From: Bacteroidota bacterium
GTDB taxonomy: Bacteria; Bacteroidota; Bacteroidia; Bacteroidales; Paludibacteraceae
DNA length: 38,946 nucleotides
Direction: 5' to 3'
Assembly: GCA_022709605.1 (NCBI GenBank)
Contig: JAKLIM010000001.1
Location: 1-38,946 of the forward strand
The position numbers and the translations under genes are program-made. The notes beneath the pieces are model-generated. The model saw nothing but the letters and a program-made list of their open reading frames with translations, ran no database searches and had not been told where the DNA came from. Position 1 is the first letter of the stretch. Each line of letters begins with the position of its first letter. Shown here in pieces: positions 30,932-38,946 of this stretch.

Positions 30932-31077
30932 TGTTTTTAAGCATTTATGATTCAATACTTTTTTCAAATTATTACTTAAAAAAAACAATTTGGGAAACTA
31001 AATTGAAAAAATTACAAAAGGATCTATTTCTTTCATTTCGTTTTGTAAATATATTTCTGAAAACGATAAATTTACAG

Positions 31078-31899
31078 TTATTTCAATACAACAAATTCCC
31101 TTCGTTCCACCGTGTGCGCACTGAAATAGCCCAATAAAGATCCGGTAAGATTTGTGTACGGGTTAGCCGGACTCGACGAATTGCGTGGACCCATGGCACT
31201 GTTTCCCATGCTTTTAAAATACTCGTACACCGATTTATCTATGCATTGAAATTCAACCGAAATTTTATCGCCCGATTCCATTTCAGGGTAATATATTACC
31301 ATAAAACTTTCCATTTGTTTTCCGTTTGTAAACCGGTCATCGTAAATGTTATTTCTATTTTGTGCAATTCCATTCAGGTATAAAACACATCTGTAGTAAT
31401 TTTTTTCGTTTATCGGATCCGAAAATTTCACACTCACTTCGTAAAATGGTGCAGGTATTTCGGGTCTTAACGGTGCTCCGCCACCCGGATAAATTGTATT
31501 GGTTACTTTGAACGAATCAATCGGTACAGCATTTGGAATCGTTGAGTTGGAGATAACAATTTTATTATTTGCCTTGATTTCAAGATGGTATGTTTTATTT
31601 ATTTCTCCTAAAATATTGTTTGAAACAAATTTACCTGCAGTTGTAGTTTTGGTAAGTAATTCAGATTTTCCATCGCTGTCAATCAGTTTTACGGTCGCAT
31701 TTTCTATTCCCGGATATACGCCATTATCGTCAAGACTGATTGATTCGCTAATCCTGACTTCAGCAGGTTCCTTAAGTCCGATTGTAGCTTCCACAACAAT
31801 TTGAGGATCGGACGAATTAATATCAATGTCTATGATTTCGTTGCACGAAAAGAAAAAGAATGGAACAAGTAAAAATAATTTTAAAAGTTTGATAGCCAT
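31078..31899 (-). CDS. DUF4249-like lipoprotein
   Basis: Lipobox 'FFSC', 'IVVEA', 'FSDPINEKNYY' and C-terminal 'PANPYTNL...LLGYFSA'. Lies directly downstream of a TBDR. Confidence 0.82.
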   Translation of the reverse strand: MAIKLLKLFLLVPFFFFSCNEIIDIDINSSDPQIVVEATIGLKEPAEVRISESISLDDNGVYPGIENATVKLIDSDGKSELLTKTTTAGKFVSNNILGEINKTYHLEIKANNKIVISNSTIPNAVPIDSFKVTNTIYPGGGAPLRPEIPAPFYEVSVKFSDPINEKNYYRCVLYLNGIAQNRNNIYDDRFTNGKQMESFMVIYYPEMESGDKISVEFQCIDKSVYEYFKSMGNSAMGPRNSSSPANPYTNLTGSLLGYFSAHTVERREFVVLK

Positions 31900-31903
31900 T
31901 AAT

Positions 31904-34213
31904 TTAAAATTTAAAATTGTAAGTTATTGAAGGCACATACGTAAACAAATAAGTCATTACGGCATTGGTTTTCGATGGGTCATTTTCATCCTGTTCGAAA
32001 TCGATTGAAAATGGATTTTTATGACCATAAGCATTGTAAACGGAGAAATTCAGACTGCTTTCAAATTTTTTGGTTTTCTTCAAAGTCCGTGTTGCACCAA
32101 TATCAAGTCGGTGATAATCGGGCATTCGATAACCGTTTCGCTCGGTGTAATAATACTGTACATTGCCATTAATCAGGTATTTACCACTTGGAAAAGTTAC
32201 AGCATTACCGGTATTGTACACCCACGAAGCCGACACCGACCATTTTTTATTAAAATCATAAATTCCAACCACCGACAAATCGTGGGTAATATCTTGCTTT
32301 GCCTGATACCAGTTATAATTATTTATACCATCAATCAGGCGTTCGGTGCGCGAAAACGTATAACCAACCCAACCGGTAAGTTTGCCTTGTTTTTTCTTGA
32401 GAAGCAGCTCCAGACCATAAGCCCGACCTTTACCAAAAAGCAATTCACCTTCAATTTTGTCGTTGGCATTAATATCAGCGCCATTTTTCAAATCGAGTTG
32501 ATTTTGCATCCAGCGGTAATAAACCTCGCCGCTCAACTGAAATTTATCTTTGGCAAAATTGGTGAAATAACCCAGCGAAACCTGATCGCCAATTTCGGGC
32601 TTCACATTGTTGCTCGACGAAAGCCAGATATCGGTGGGCATGGCCGAAGTAGAATTTGAAACTAAATGCAGGTTCTGAGTATTGCGTGTATAGCTTATTT
32701 TCAGCGAGTTGCGGTCATTTAAAATGTATGCAATATTGAGTCGGGGTTCTATATTGAAATGTGTTTTTACAATTTCACCTTTTTTGTACGATGTCGTATC
32801 CATTACTTCGCCATTTTGGTACGTATAAAAATCGCCCGGACCAAATTGATGATACACCGACATACGAATTCCATAATTAATGTTCAGATTGTACGAAGGT
32901 TTCCACACATTACTGAAATAAACTCCATTGTCAATGGCAAATTTTTCCTGAAGTTGCATGGGTATTATTTCCGACTCTTCCGATGTTTCCAATTGACCGG
33001 GAATGATGGTGTGATAAACAGAATTCAGTCCAAAAGTAAGCGTATTTTTGCTATTCATAAAGTACTGAAATTCATGCTTTAAATTCCAGTTTTTAATAAT
33101 AGAAGTGAGGCTGAAACCGGCATCCTGAATACTGACTTTATAATCGTAATCAGAATAAATAAGCGAAGTATTACTAAAAAGCTTTTCGTTCCAGATATGA
33201 TTCCAACGCAAAGTTCCGGTTTTATTTCCCCAGTTTATGCCAAACCTGTCCTGAAATTCGAACACATCGCGACCAAAATATCCCGAAAGATACAAGCGGT
33301 TTTTATCGTTGATAATGTAATTCATTTTGGCATTTAAATCGTAGAAATAGAGCTGGTTATTGTTTATCAAATCATCTGATGAAAGCTTCAAAAACAGATC
33401 GGCATACGTCCGACGACCCGTAATCAGAAACGAACTTTTATCTTTTACAATCGGCCCTTCAACATTTAATCGCGACGAAATAAGTCCGATTCCTCCACCC
33501 ACGTGATAATCCTGATTATTTCCATCATTCATTTTAACATCTAAAACCGACGAAATTCGTCCACCGTATTCGGCAGGAGCAGTTCCTTTGAACATTTGTA
33601 TGTCTTTGATGGCATCGCTGTTGAATGTTGAAAAGAAACCCAACAAATGGTCGGCATTATAAACTGTTGCTTCGTCGAGTAGAATCAGGTTTTGCGAATT
33701 ATTCCCTCCACGCACAAACATACCACCACTTCCCTCGCCTGCCGATTTTATACCAGGTGTCAGTTTCAGTGTTTTCATAATATCGGCTTCGCCAAAAAGC
33801 ACCGGAATTTTGGCCAGCTCTTTTACTTCGAGTTTTTCCATTCCAATTTCGTTCGAAGTGATGTTGTGATTTTTGCGCTGAGCAGTAATTTCCACATCAT
33901 TCAGTTGCTGCGAATTGGGTTTAAGTTTAAAATTAATTACTTTATTTTCGTTTAAATTTACGGGTAAAGTAATAATTTCGTAGCCCAAATAGGATATTAC
34001 AAAAGTATATTTAGCATCGGGCAAAGTGAGCGAAAAATATCCGTAAGCATTGGTAGTAACACCGGTACTTGGTAAATCTTTCACGGTAATACTTGTACCA
34101 ATTAAACTTTCGCCGGTGGTAGCATCGGTGATAGTGCCACTAATGGTGTGTTTGGTGGATGCGAAAAGTGATATTGAAAGGATTAAAAAGAATGTAAGGA
34201 AAAGATTTTTCAT
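31904..34213 (-). CDS. TonB-dependent receptor
   Basis: CarboxypepD_reg-like N-domain, 'IPVLFGEADIMKTLKLTPG', 'VRGGNNSQNLILLD', 'YGGRISSVLDV' and C-terminal 'PSITYNFKF'. Confidence 0.93.
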   Translation of the reverse strand: MKNLFLTFFLILSISLFASTKHTISGTITDATTGESLIGTSITVKDLPSTGVTTNAYGYFSLTLPDAKYTFVISYLGYEIITLPVNLNENKVINFKLKPNSQQLNDVEITAQRKNHNITSNEIGMEKLEVKELAKIPVLFGEADIMKTLKLTPGIKSAGEGSGGMFVRGGNNSQNLILLDEATVYNADHLLGFFSTFNSDAIKDIQMFKGTAPAEYGGRISSVLDVKMNDGNNQDYHVGGGIGLISSRLNVEGPIVKDKSSFLITGRRTYADLFLKLSSDDLINNNQLYFYDLNAKMNYIINDKNRLYLSGYFGRDVFEFQDRFGINWGNKTGTLRWNHIWNEKLFSNTSLIYSDYDYKVSIQDAGFSLTSIIKNWNLKHEFQYFMNSKNTLTFGLNSVYHTIIPGQLETSEESEIIPMQLQEKFAIDNGVYFSNVWKPSYNLNINYGIRMSVYHQFGPGDFYTYQNGEVMDTTSYKKGEIVKTHFNIEPRLNIAYILNDRNSLKISYTRNTQNLHLVSNSTSAMPTDIWLSSSNNVKPEIGDQVSLGYFTNFAKDKFQLSGEVYYRWMQNQLDLKNGADINANDKIEGELLFGKGRAYGLELLLKKKQGKLTGWVGYTFSRTERLIDGINNYNWYQAKQDITHDLSVVGIYDFNKKWSVSASWVYNTGNAVTFPSGKYLINGNVQYYYTERNGYRMPDYHRLDIGATRTLKKTKKFESSLNFSVYNAYGHKNPFSIDFEQDENDPSKTNAVMTYLFTYVPSITYNFKF

Positions 34214-34244
34214 TTATATAAATAATGCATTTTGAAATTAAAAG

Positions 34245-34252
34245 CAAAATTA
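34245..34252 (-). promoter_or_regulatory. Putative -7 promoter box for the TBDR-DUF4249 pair
   Basis: Minus strand reads TAATTTTG about 30 nt upstream of the ATG. Confidence 0.5.
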
Positions 34253-34326
34253 CGCTGAAAAGTTCTTTCGGGATGCAATATTTTGTATAATTATCGATAA
34301 ATTAATATAATCTAAATAGTTTAGAG

Positions 34327-35589
34327 CTATAATACAGATGGTTTTTGTTTTCCCTCCACTACCGAAGCCACAAAAGTATCGCCGGTGACGTTAACTACTG
34401 TGCGGAGCATATCAAGCGGACGGTCGATGCCCAAAATAAGTGCTAATCCCTCTACCGGAATGCCAACCGATGCCATAACCATAACGGTCATTACCACACT
34501 TGCTCCGGGTACGCCTGCTGTTCCTATCGATGCCAATACGGTGAGAAACAGCACCGAAAGATATTGAGCTGTTGTAAGTTCTATGCCAAATATCTGAGCA
34601 ATAAACAGCACCACGATAGCCTGATAGCAACTGGTTCCATCCATATTTACAGTAGCACCCAGTGGAAGTACAAACGAAGCTGTTTCCTCCGAAATGCCCA
34701 GTTTATTTTGTGCTTGTTCCATGGTAAAGGGCAATGTAGCCGAACTTGAACTGGTAGAAAAAGCTAAAAGTTGAATGGGGAAAACGGCTCTCAGGTAATC
34801 GCCAATATTTTTTTTAGTGATAATTCTTAGTAAAACCGGATAAAAAATATAAGCTAAAAACAACAAACAGCCAACTACAATTATTGCATACATTCCCAGA
34901 GCCGAAAACATAGCCGGATCGCCCGAAAAATCGACCACCAAAGCCGCCAAAAGGGCAAAAACTCCGATGGGCGCAAACTCCATTATAAAGTCTATAATTT
35001 TAAGCACAATGGCCTCGGTAGCATTAATTACCGACACGAAAGCGCTGGTTTTTTCGCTACCAAGCATTACAATTGCCACACCGGTAAGCAAAGCCACAAG
35101 TATTATTTAAAGCATATTCCGGTTATCGCCGGCTGCAGCAAACAGGTTTTCGGGAACCATTTCAACGATATAGTCCATGGGTTTGCGCTCTTCTACATTT
35201 ATTGTTTGAGGAGCATCAGCACTGAATTTTTGCTTGTAAAATTCCGACTGAGTTTTATTGAAAACTTTTCCGGGTTTTACCAAACTAACTACACCCATTC
35301 CCAACGACACAGCAAAAAATGTGGTAGCAAGGTATAATGAAACTGTTTTCAGTCCGAGTTTCGATAGTTTTTTCAAATCCTTCATCGCACTTATGCCTTT
35401 AACAAGCGATACAAAAACCAACGGAATAGCGATAAGTTTCAGTAAACGAATGAAAATTGTTCCCCAGGGTTTTATCCAATCTGACACAACAGAAACGTTG
35501 TCGGTTTTAAGAAATATAAAACCAACGATCACACCGGTCAGCATACCGATAAGGATTTTTACGAACAAAGGAATTTTCTGTTGTCTCAT
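34327..35589 (-). pseudogene. Dicarboxylate/amino acid:cation symporter (GltP/SDF family) interrupted by one in-frame TAA at 35109-35107
   Basis: The two ORFs are in the same frame: ...AAT ATG CTT TAA ATA ATA CTT GTG... (NML*IILV). Joined length is 420 codons. Family motifs 'FSTSSSSATLP', 'GATVNMDGT', 'ASIGTAGVPG' and 'DMLRTVVNVTGD' are intact. Confidence 0.88.
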
Positions 35590-35599
35590 TTTTTAGATT

Positions 35600-36463
35600 T
35601 TAAACATCCACTCCAAGAATAAATTTAAGGGCATAACCTACAAAAAACGAGAAAGTTGCAACTCCCAAACTTATAAAAGTCATTTCGAAAAACCGGGCTT
35701 TGAAATTCAAATCTTTGGCGGTGGAAATATAAAAATTGAAGCAGAAAATTATCAAAACGGCAGTTGCTAAAGTAATACCCAATGCCAAAAACTTACTGGT
35801 AAGCAAAAGGAAAGGCATGATTAATAAAATAACAGTGAACAAATAGGCGACACCGGTATAAATTGCCGAAGTTTTGGCTTTGCTGTCGCCTTCAGCTTTC
35901 GACGACAGATAATCAGAAGCAGCCATCGACATGGCCGCTGAAATTCCGGTCACCAAACCGACTAACGAGATGATTTTATTATCACTCAGAGCCAGCGTAA
36001 AACCGGCCAAAGCGCCTGTTAATTCGACCAAAGCATCATTTAGTCCAAGCACTACTGATCCAACATACTGCAAACCTTCTTCATCGAGCATTCCCAGCAA
36101 TTGTTGCTCGTGCTCGAGTTCTTCTTCTGAGAACACTTTGGCTTCGGGGAAATATTCTGATAATTGAGCATAAACCCGCGAACCTGTTCCTTCGCGTTTC
36201 TCCATAAGTTTAAGCACAAATGTTAATCCTAATAACTTAGCCATAAGCACTGTACGAAATACACGACCCATATCGGGCTTCACTTCTTCGCCCGATTTAT
36301 TTTGCCAGAATTTGGCGTGACCTTTTTCCTGAAGTCCCATTTTTCGGAGCACTTCAGCATTATTTTTATCTTTACAATGATCGGATAAACGCATGTAAAT
36401 CAAATGTTCCGTTTCTTCAGTTCGTTGAACCGACAACACCAGTTTCATTATTTTGGGATCCAT
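35600..36463 (-). CDS. Rubrerythrin/ferritin-like domain fused to VIT1/CCC1 transporter
   Basis: N-terminal di-iron-type ExxH motifs (EKGH, ELEH). C-terminal 'SVVLGLNDALVELTGALAG', 'AAMSMAASDYLS' and five hydrophobic segments. Confidence 0.88.
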   Translation of the reverse strand: MDPKIMKLVLSVQRTEETEHLIYMRLSDHCKDKNNAEVLRKMGLQEKGHAKFWQNKSGEEVKPDMGRVFRTVLMAKLLGLTFVLKLMEKREGTGSRVYAQLSEYFPEAKVFSEEELEHEQQLLGMLDEEGLQYVGSVVLGLNDALVELTGALAGFTLALSDNKIISLVGLVTGISAAMSMAASDYLSSKAEGDSKAKTSAIYTGVAYLFTVILLIMPFLLLTSKFLALGITLATAVLIIFCFNFYISTAKDLNFKARFFEMTFISLGVATFSFFVGYALKFILGVDV

Positions 36464-36500
36464 ATTTTTTTATTTTTAATTTTTATTTTGTAATTTGATG

Positions 36501-36508
36501 CAAAGTTA
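36501..36508 (-). promoter_or_regulatory. Putative -7 promoter box for the VIT1-symporter operon
   Basis: Minus strand reads TAACTTTG. Confidence 0.55.
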
Positions 36509-36675
36509 GATTATAATTTTAAAACATTCTAACTGTTTTCGATAAACATTTTTATAAGTTAAAAGTTGAAAGCGAATTGATTAAAATAATTCCAAGTACG
36601 TGACAAAAAACTATTTGATTTGTAATTCATATAAAATGAAAGTTTGATGTTCCAGAAACTGTTCTGAAACGGACT

Positions 36676-36886
36676 GACCTCGTCCGGTGAGCCGAAAAAC
36701 AAGTGAGGTAGGCTGTTAAAAATCGTCCTTGTTTGAGTTCCGACGTATTTCGTCGGAACTCAAACAAGGACGATTTAAGCCTACCGAGCGTAAGTTTTTC
36801 GAGCGAAGCGGGCGAAGTCTTGACTTTTTTTGCATACTTTTTTGTGTCAAGACAAAAAAGTATGTGGGGTTTGGGGCAAAGCCCCA
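36676..36886. repeat. Highly structured intergenic palindromic element (candidate non-autonomous mobile element or ncRNA)
   Basis: Perfect 26-bp inverted repeat 36720-36745/36751-36776 nested in further stems out to 36676/36819. A 13-bp hairpin at 36833-36864 has a loop complementary to 36819-36824. TGGGGC-AAA-GCCCCA hairpin at 36872-36886. Confidence 0.85.
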
Positions 36887-36989
36887 CCTTATACTTTTAT
36901 TAATTAACAAATTAAATCTGAATAGTCATTTTTTGTCATGTGCTAAAAAAATATTTACTATCTTCGCAAATTGAAAAAATGACAACATC

Positions 36990-38195
36990 ATGAGAAGATT
37001 TTTACTTTTCGTGTCTTATTTGCTTTTATCCACTCAAGTTGAGGCATTGTCCAAAAACAAAGTATTAGCATCCGTTCCTTTCGAAATGGTTGGTGGTTAT
37101 GTTATTATAAATGTGAACATTAATCAGGCAAAGTCATTAAAATTCGTATTAGATTCGGGAGTCCGGAATACAATAATAACCGAACTTTACGAAGGCGACA
37201 GCATTTCGCTGAATTACACAAAAGAGCAGAATGTACAAGGTCTGGGCGGTGGAAATTCGCTAAATGCCATGGTGAGCGAAATGAATGAATTAAAAATCGG
37301 GAAATTAAAACTTACAAATAAAACAATTCTAGTACTTCAAGAGGATTTTTTAAACCTGACGCGACAAACCGGCACGAAAATAAACGGATTACTGGGAGTT
37401 GATTTTTTTCAGAATTACATAGTTCAAATTGATTACAGCGCAAAACGAATCCGATTCTACGACAACAAAGAATTTGAAGCACCGAAAGGATATGGCGTAA
37501 TGCCGATGACCATCGAAAGACAGAAAATGTTTATTCATCTTTCGGTTCTGGAAACCGACACCGCCAGGCGAAGCATTAAAATGCTGATTGACACCGGTGC
37601 TCAATTAAACGCCTGGTTCCAAACACTTACAAATAAGGCAATTACAATACCCGAAAAATCGATTCACGGAAAAATTGGTGAAGGTTTAAGTGGTGAAGTT
37701 ACGGGTATTTTTGCCCGTGTACCTCAAATTTGCATCGCTAATTTTTGCGTGAGAGACCCTATTGTCGTTTTCCCCGATACGGCAGTAATTTCTGAAATTA
37801 TTAAAAATTCAGATCGCGATGGTACAATTGGCAGTCAATTACTTAGCCGATTTAATTTAATAATAGATATCTCGAACAAAAGTTTTTATTTCAAACCAAA
37901 TGCGAGTTTTAATAAGCCGTTTTCTTATAATATCGCCGGCATCGAAGTGGTGCAAACTGTTTTATTTTTGCCTCAAATTGAAGTTGTAACTGTTTGGAAA
38001 GGTTCGCCGGCCGATGTCGCCGGGATTAAAGCAGGTGATTTAATTAACGAAGTAAATTATGAAAAAGTATTAACAATGTCACTTTCACAAGTTCGTGGAT
38101 TTTTTGAGCGACCGTCAAAAAAACCGCTAAAAATGACCATCCAGCGTGAAGATAAAATTATTAATGTGGAATTGGATATGAAGGCGAAGATCTGA
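36990..38195 (+). CDS. Retropepsin-like aspartyl protease (two domains) with C-terminal PDZ domain
   Basis: Signal peptide, 'FVLDSG' and 'MLIDTGA' catalytic motifs, 'GLLGVDFF', 'GTIGSQLL', and PDZ 'GSPADVAGIKAGDLINEVN'. Confidence 0.9.
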   Translation: MRRFLLFVSYLLLSTQVEALSKNKVLASVPFEMVGGYVIINVNINQAKSLKFVLDSGVRNTIITELYEGDSISLNYTKEQNVQGLGGGNSLNAMVSEMNELKIGKLKLTNKTILVLQEDFLNLTRQTGTKINGLLGVDFFQNYIVQIDYSAKRIRFYDNKEFEAPKGYGVMPMTIERQKMFIHLSVLETDTARRSIKMLIDTGAQLNAWFQTLTNKAITIPEKSIHGKIGEGLSGEVTGIFARVPQICIANFCVRDPIVVFPDTAVISEIIKNSDRDGTIGSQLLSRFNLIIDISNKSFYFKPNASFNKPFSYNIAGIEVVQTVLFLPQIEVVTVWKGSPADVAGIKAGDLINEVNYEKVLTMSLSQVRGFFERPSKKPLKMTIQREDKIINVELDMKAKI

Positions 38196-38314
38196 ATTGC
38201 AAAAAATAAACTGTTTGTAATCTGTTCGATAGGAATAAATAAGTAAAATTACGGGCAAAATAACAGTACAATTATATTTTTCATTACTAAATCTAAAGAA
38301 AAAGCAATCAACAG

Positions 38315-38345
38315 TTTGTCAGTTCAAAAAAAACAACTATTTTTG
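38315..38345 (+). promoter_or_regulatory. Canonical Bacteroidota housekeeping promoter of rpmH
   Basis: TTTG (38315-38318), 19-bp spacer, TATTTTTG (38338-38345). Confidence 0.75.
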
Positions 38346-38393
38346 CAGTCCCATTTCGCAAAGTAGAAATAATTAAATAAAACACCATAAGCA

Positions 38394-38552
38394 ATGAAAA
38401 GAACATTTCAACCTTCGCAAAGAAAGAGAAGAAACAAACACGGATTCCGTGAAAGAATGGCAACTGCCAACGGTCGCCGAGTATTAGCTGCCCGTCGTGC
38501 AAAAGGTAGAGCAAAACTTACCGTTGCCGATGAAGGACGTCACAAAGCATAA
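38394..38552 (+). CDS. rpmH: 50S ribosomal protein L34 (not in the ORF track)
   Basis: Manual translation gives [52 protein letters not shown] (52 aa). Confidence 0.98.
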   Translation: MKRTFQPSQRKRRNKHGFRERMATANGRRVLAARRAKGRAKLTVADEGRHKA

Positions 38553-38572
38553 TATTCTGCTTTAAACAACAT

Positions 38573-38612
38573 AAAAAAAGTAAGGACTTCACCAGAAGTT
38601 TTTACTTTTTTT
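38573..38612 (+). terminator. Rho-independent terminator after rpmH
   Basis: AAAAAAAGTAAGGACTTC-acca-GAAGTTTTTACTTTTTTT. Confidence 0.8.
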
Positions 38613-38787
38613 GTTTAAATGTGGTTTTGATTAATAATTTCATTATTTTTGAATGTTTTTTCATAAGAATTTTCAAATTTTTCATCTGAATAAGTGCGTC
38701 ACTTTATAACTCGTTTATATTTTGATCCCACTGAATACATTTCGTAAATTCCTGTTTATTTTTTTATTAATTAAGGAGTAACTGTAT

Positions 38788-38946
38788 ATGGATTTTAAAA
38801 AGTTTTGGAAAGAGAGTACATTCGCATTCATAATAACACGAATATTGATTGCCATCGTTATAACAGTATCTTTGGTGACGATAACTCTTTATGCTATTGA
38901 TTTTTACACGCATCATGGCGAATCAGAAACCGTTCCTGATATGCGG
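38788..38946 (+). CDS. PASTA-domain protein, 3'-truncated by the window edge (not in the ORF track)
   Basis: MDFKKFWKE..., one TM helix, then 'YTHHGESETVPDM', the typical start of the Bacteroidota PASTA protein found next to rpmH. Confidence 0.8.
   Translation, partial: MDFKKFWKESTFAFIITRILIAIVITVSLVTITLYAIDFYTHHGESETVPDMR

Noticed and set aside
30423-30950. 175-aa ORF on the plus strand
   Set aside because: Antisense shadow of the well-supported rnhB gene.
32021-33082. 212-aa and 107-aa plus-strand ORFs
   Set aside because: Antisense shadows of the TonB-dependent receptor, with no motifs.
34327-35589. Two separate transporter genes, or stop-codon reassignment
   Set aside because: The halves are in frame and form one family-length protein. 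TAA is the ordinary stop for most genes in the window, so there is no sign of an alternative genetic code.
36627-36974. Three overlapping short ORFs (86, 64 and 81 aa) in the VIT1-protease intergenic region
   Set aside because: They are translations of the palindromic element: opposite strands give near-identical peptides (FEFRR..SELKQGRF). They show no protein-like features.
38308-38514. 68-aa minus-strand ORF
   Set aside because: Antisense to rpmH and its promoter. The real gene is on the plus strand.
1-38946. tRNA, rRNA, integrase, transposase, prophage or defence genes
   Set aside because: None recognised by eye in the ORFs or intergenic regions. tRNAscan, Infernal and HMM searches would be needed to exclude them formally.

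Overview
AT-rich Bacteroidota (probably Bacteroidales) chromosomal window, judged by SusC/SusD, TamL, a T9SS-like C-terminus and several TAnnTTTG promoter boxes. The left 15.3 kb is a co-oriented PUL-like locus with no recognisable glycoside hydrolase. It runs M16 zinc peptidase (5'-truncated), FecR anti-sigma with no adjacent ECF sigma, SusC, SusD, DUF4843-like and PKD-like lipoproteins, two TlpA thioredoxins and a full DsbD, which suggests a peptide-uptake plus disulfide-reduction system. Next come a secreted multidomain HExxH protein and a minus-strand serine hydrolase / polysaccharide deacetylase / unknown lipoprotein trio. The rest is mostly envelope and housekeeping genes: OM beta-barrel, TrmH methylase, TamL, OmpA, rnhB, TBDR plus DUF4249, rubrerythrin-VIT1, PDZ aspartyl protease, rpmH and the start of a PASTA protein. 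Two non-obvious items stand out: a dicarboxylate/amino-acid symporter broken by one in-frame TAA, and a ~210-bp highly structured intergenic element at 36676-36886 (26-bp perfect palindrome within a long hairpin, plus a pseudoknot). All family calls come from motif recognition by eye, not database searches.
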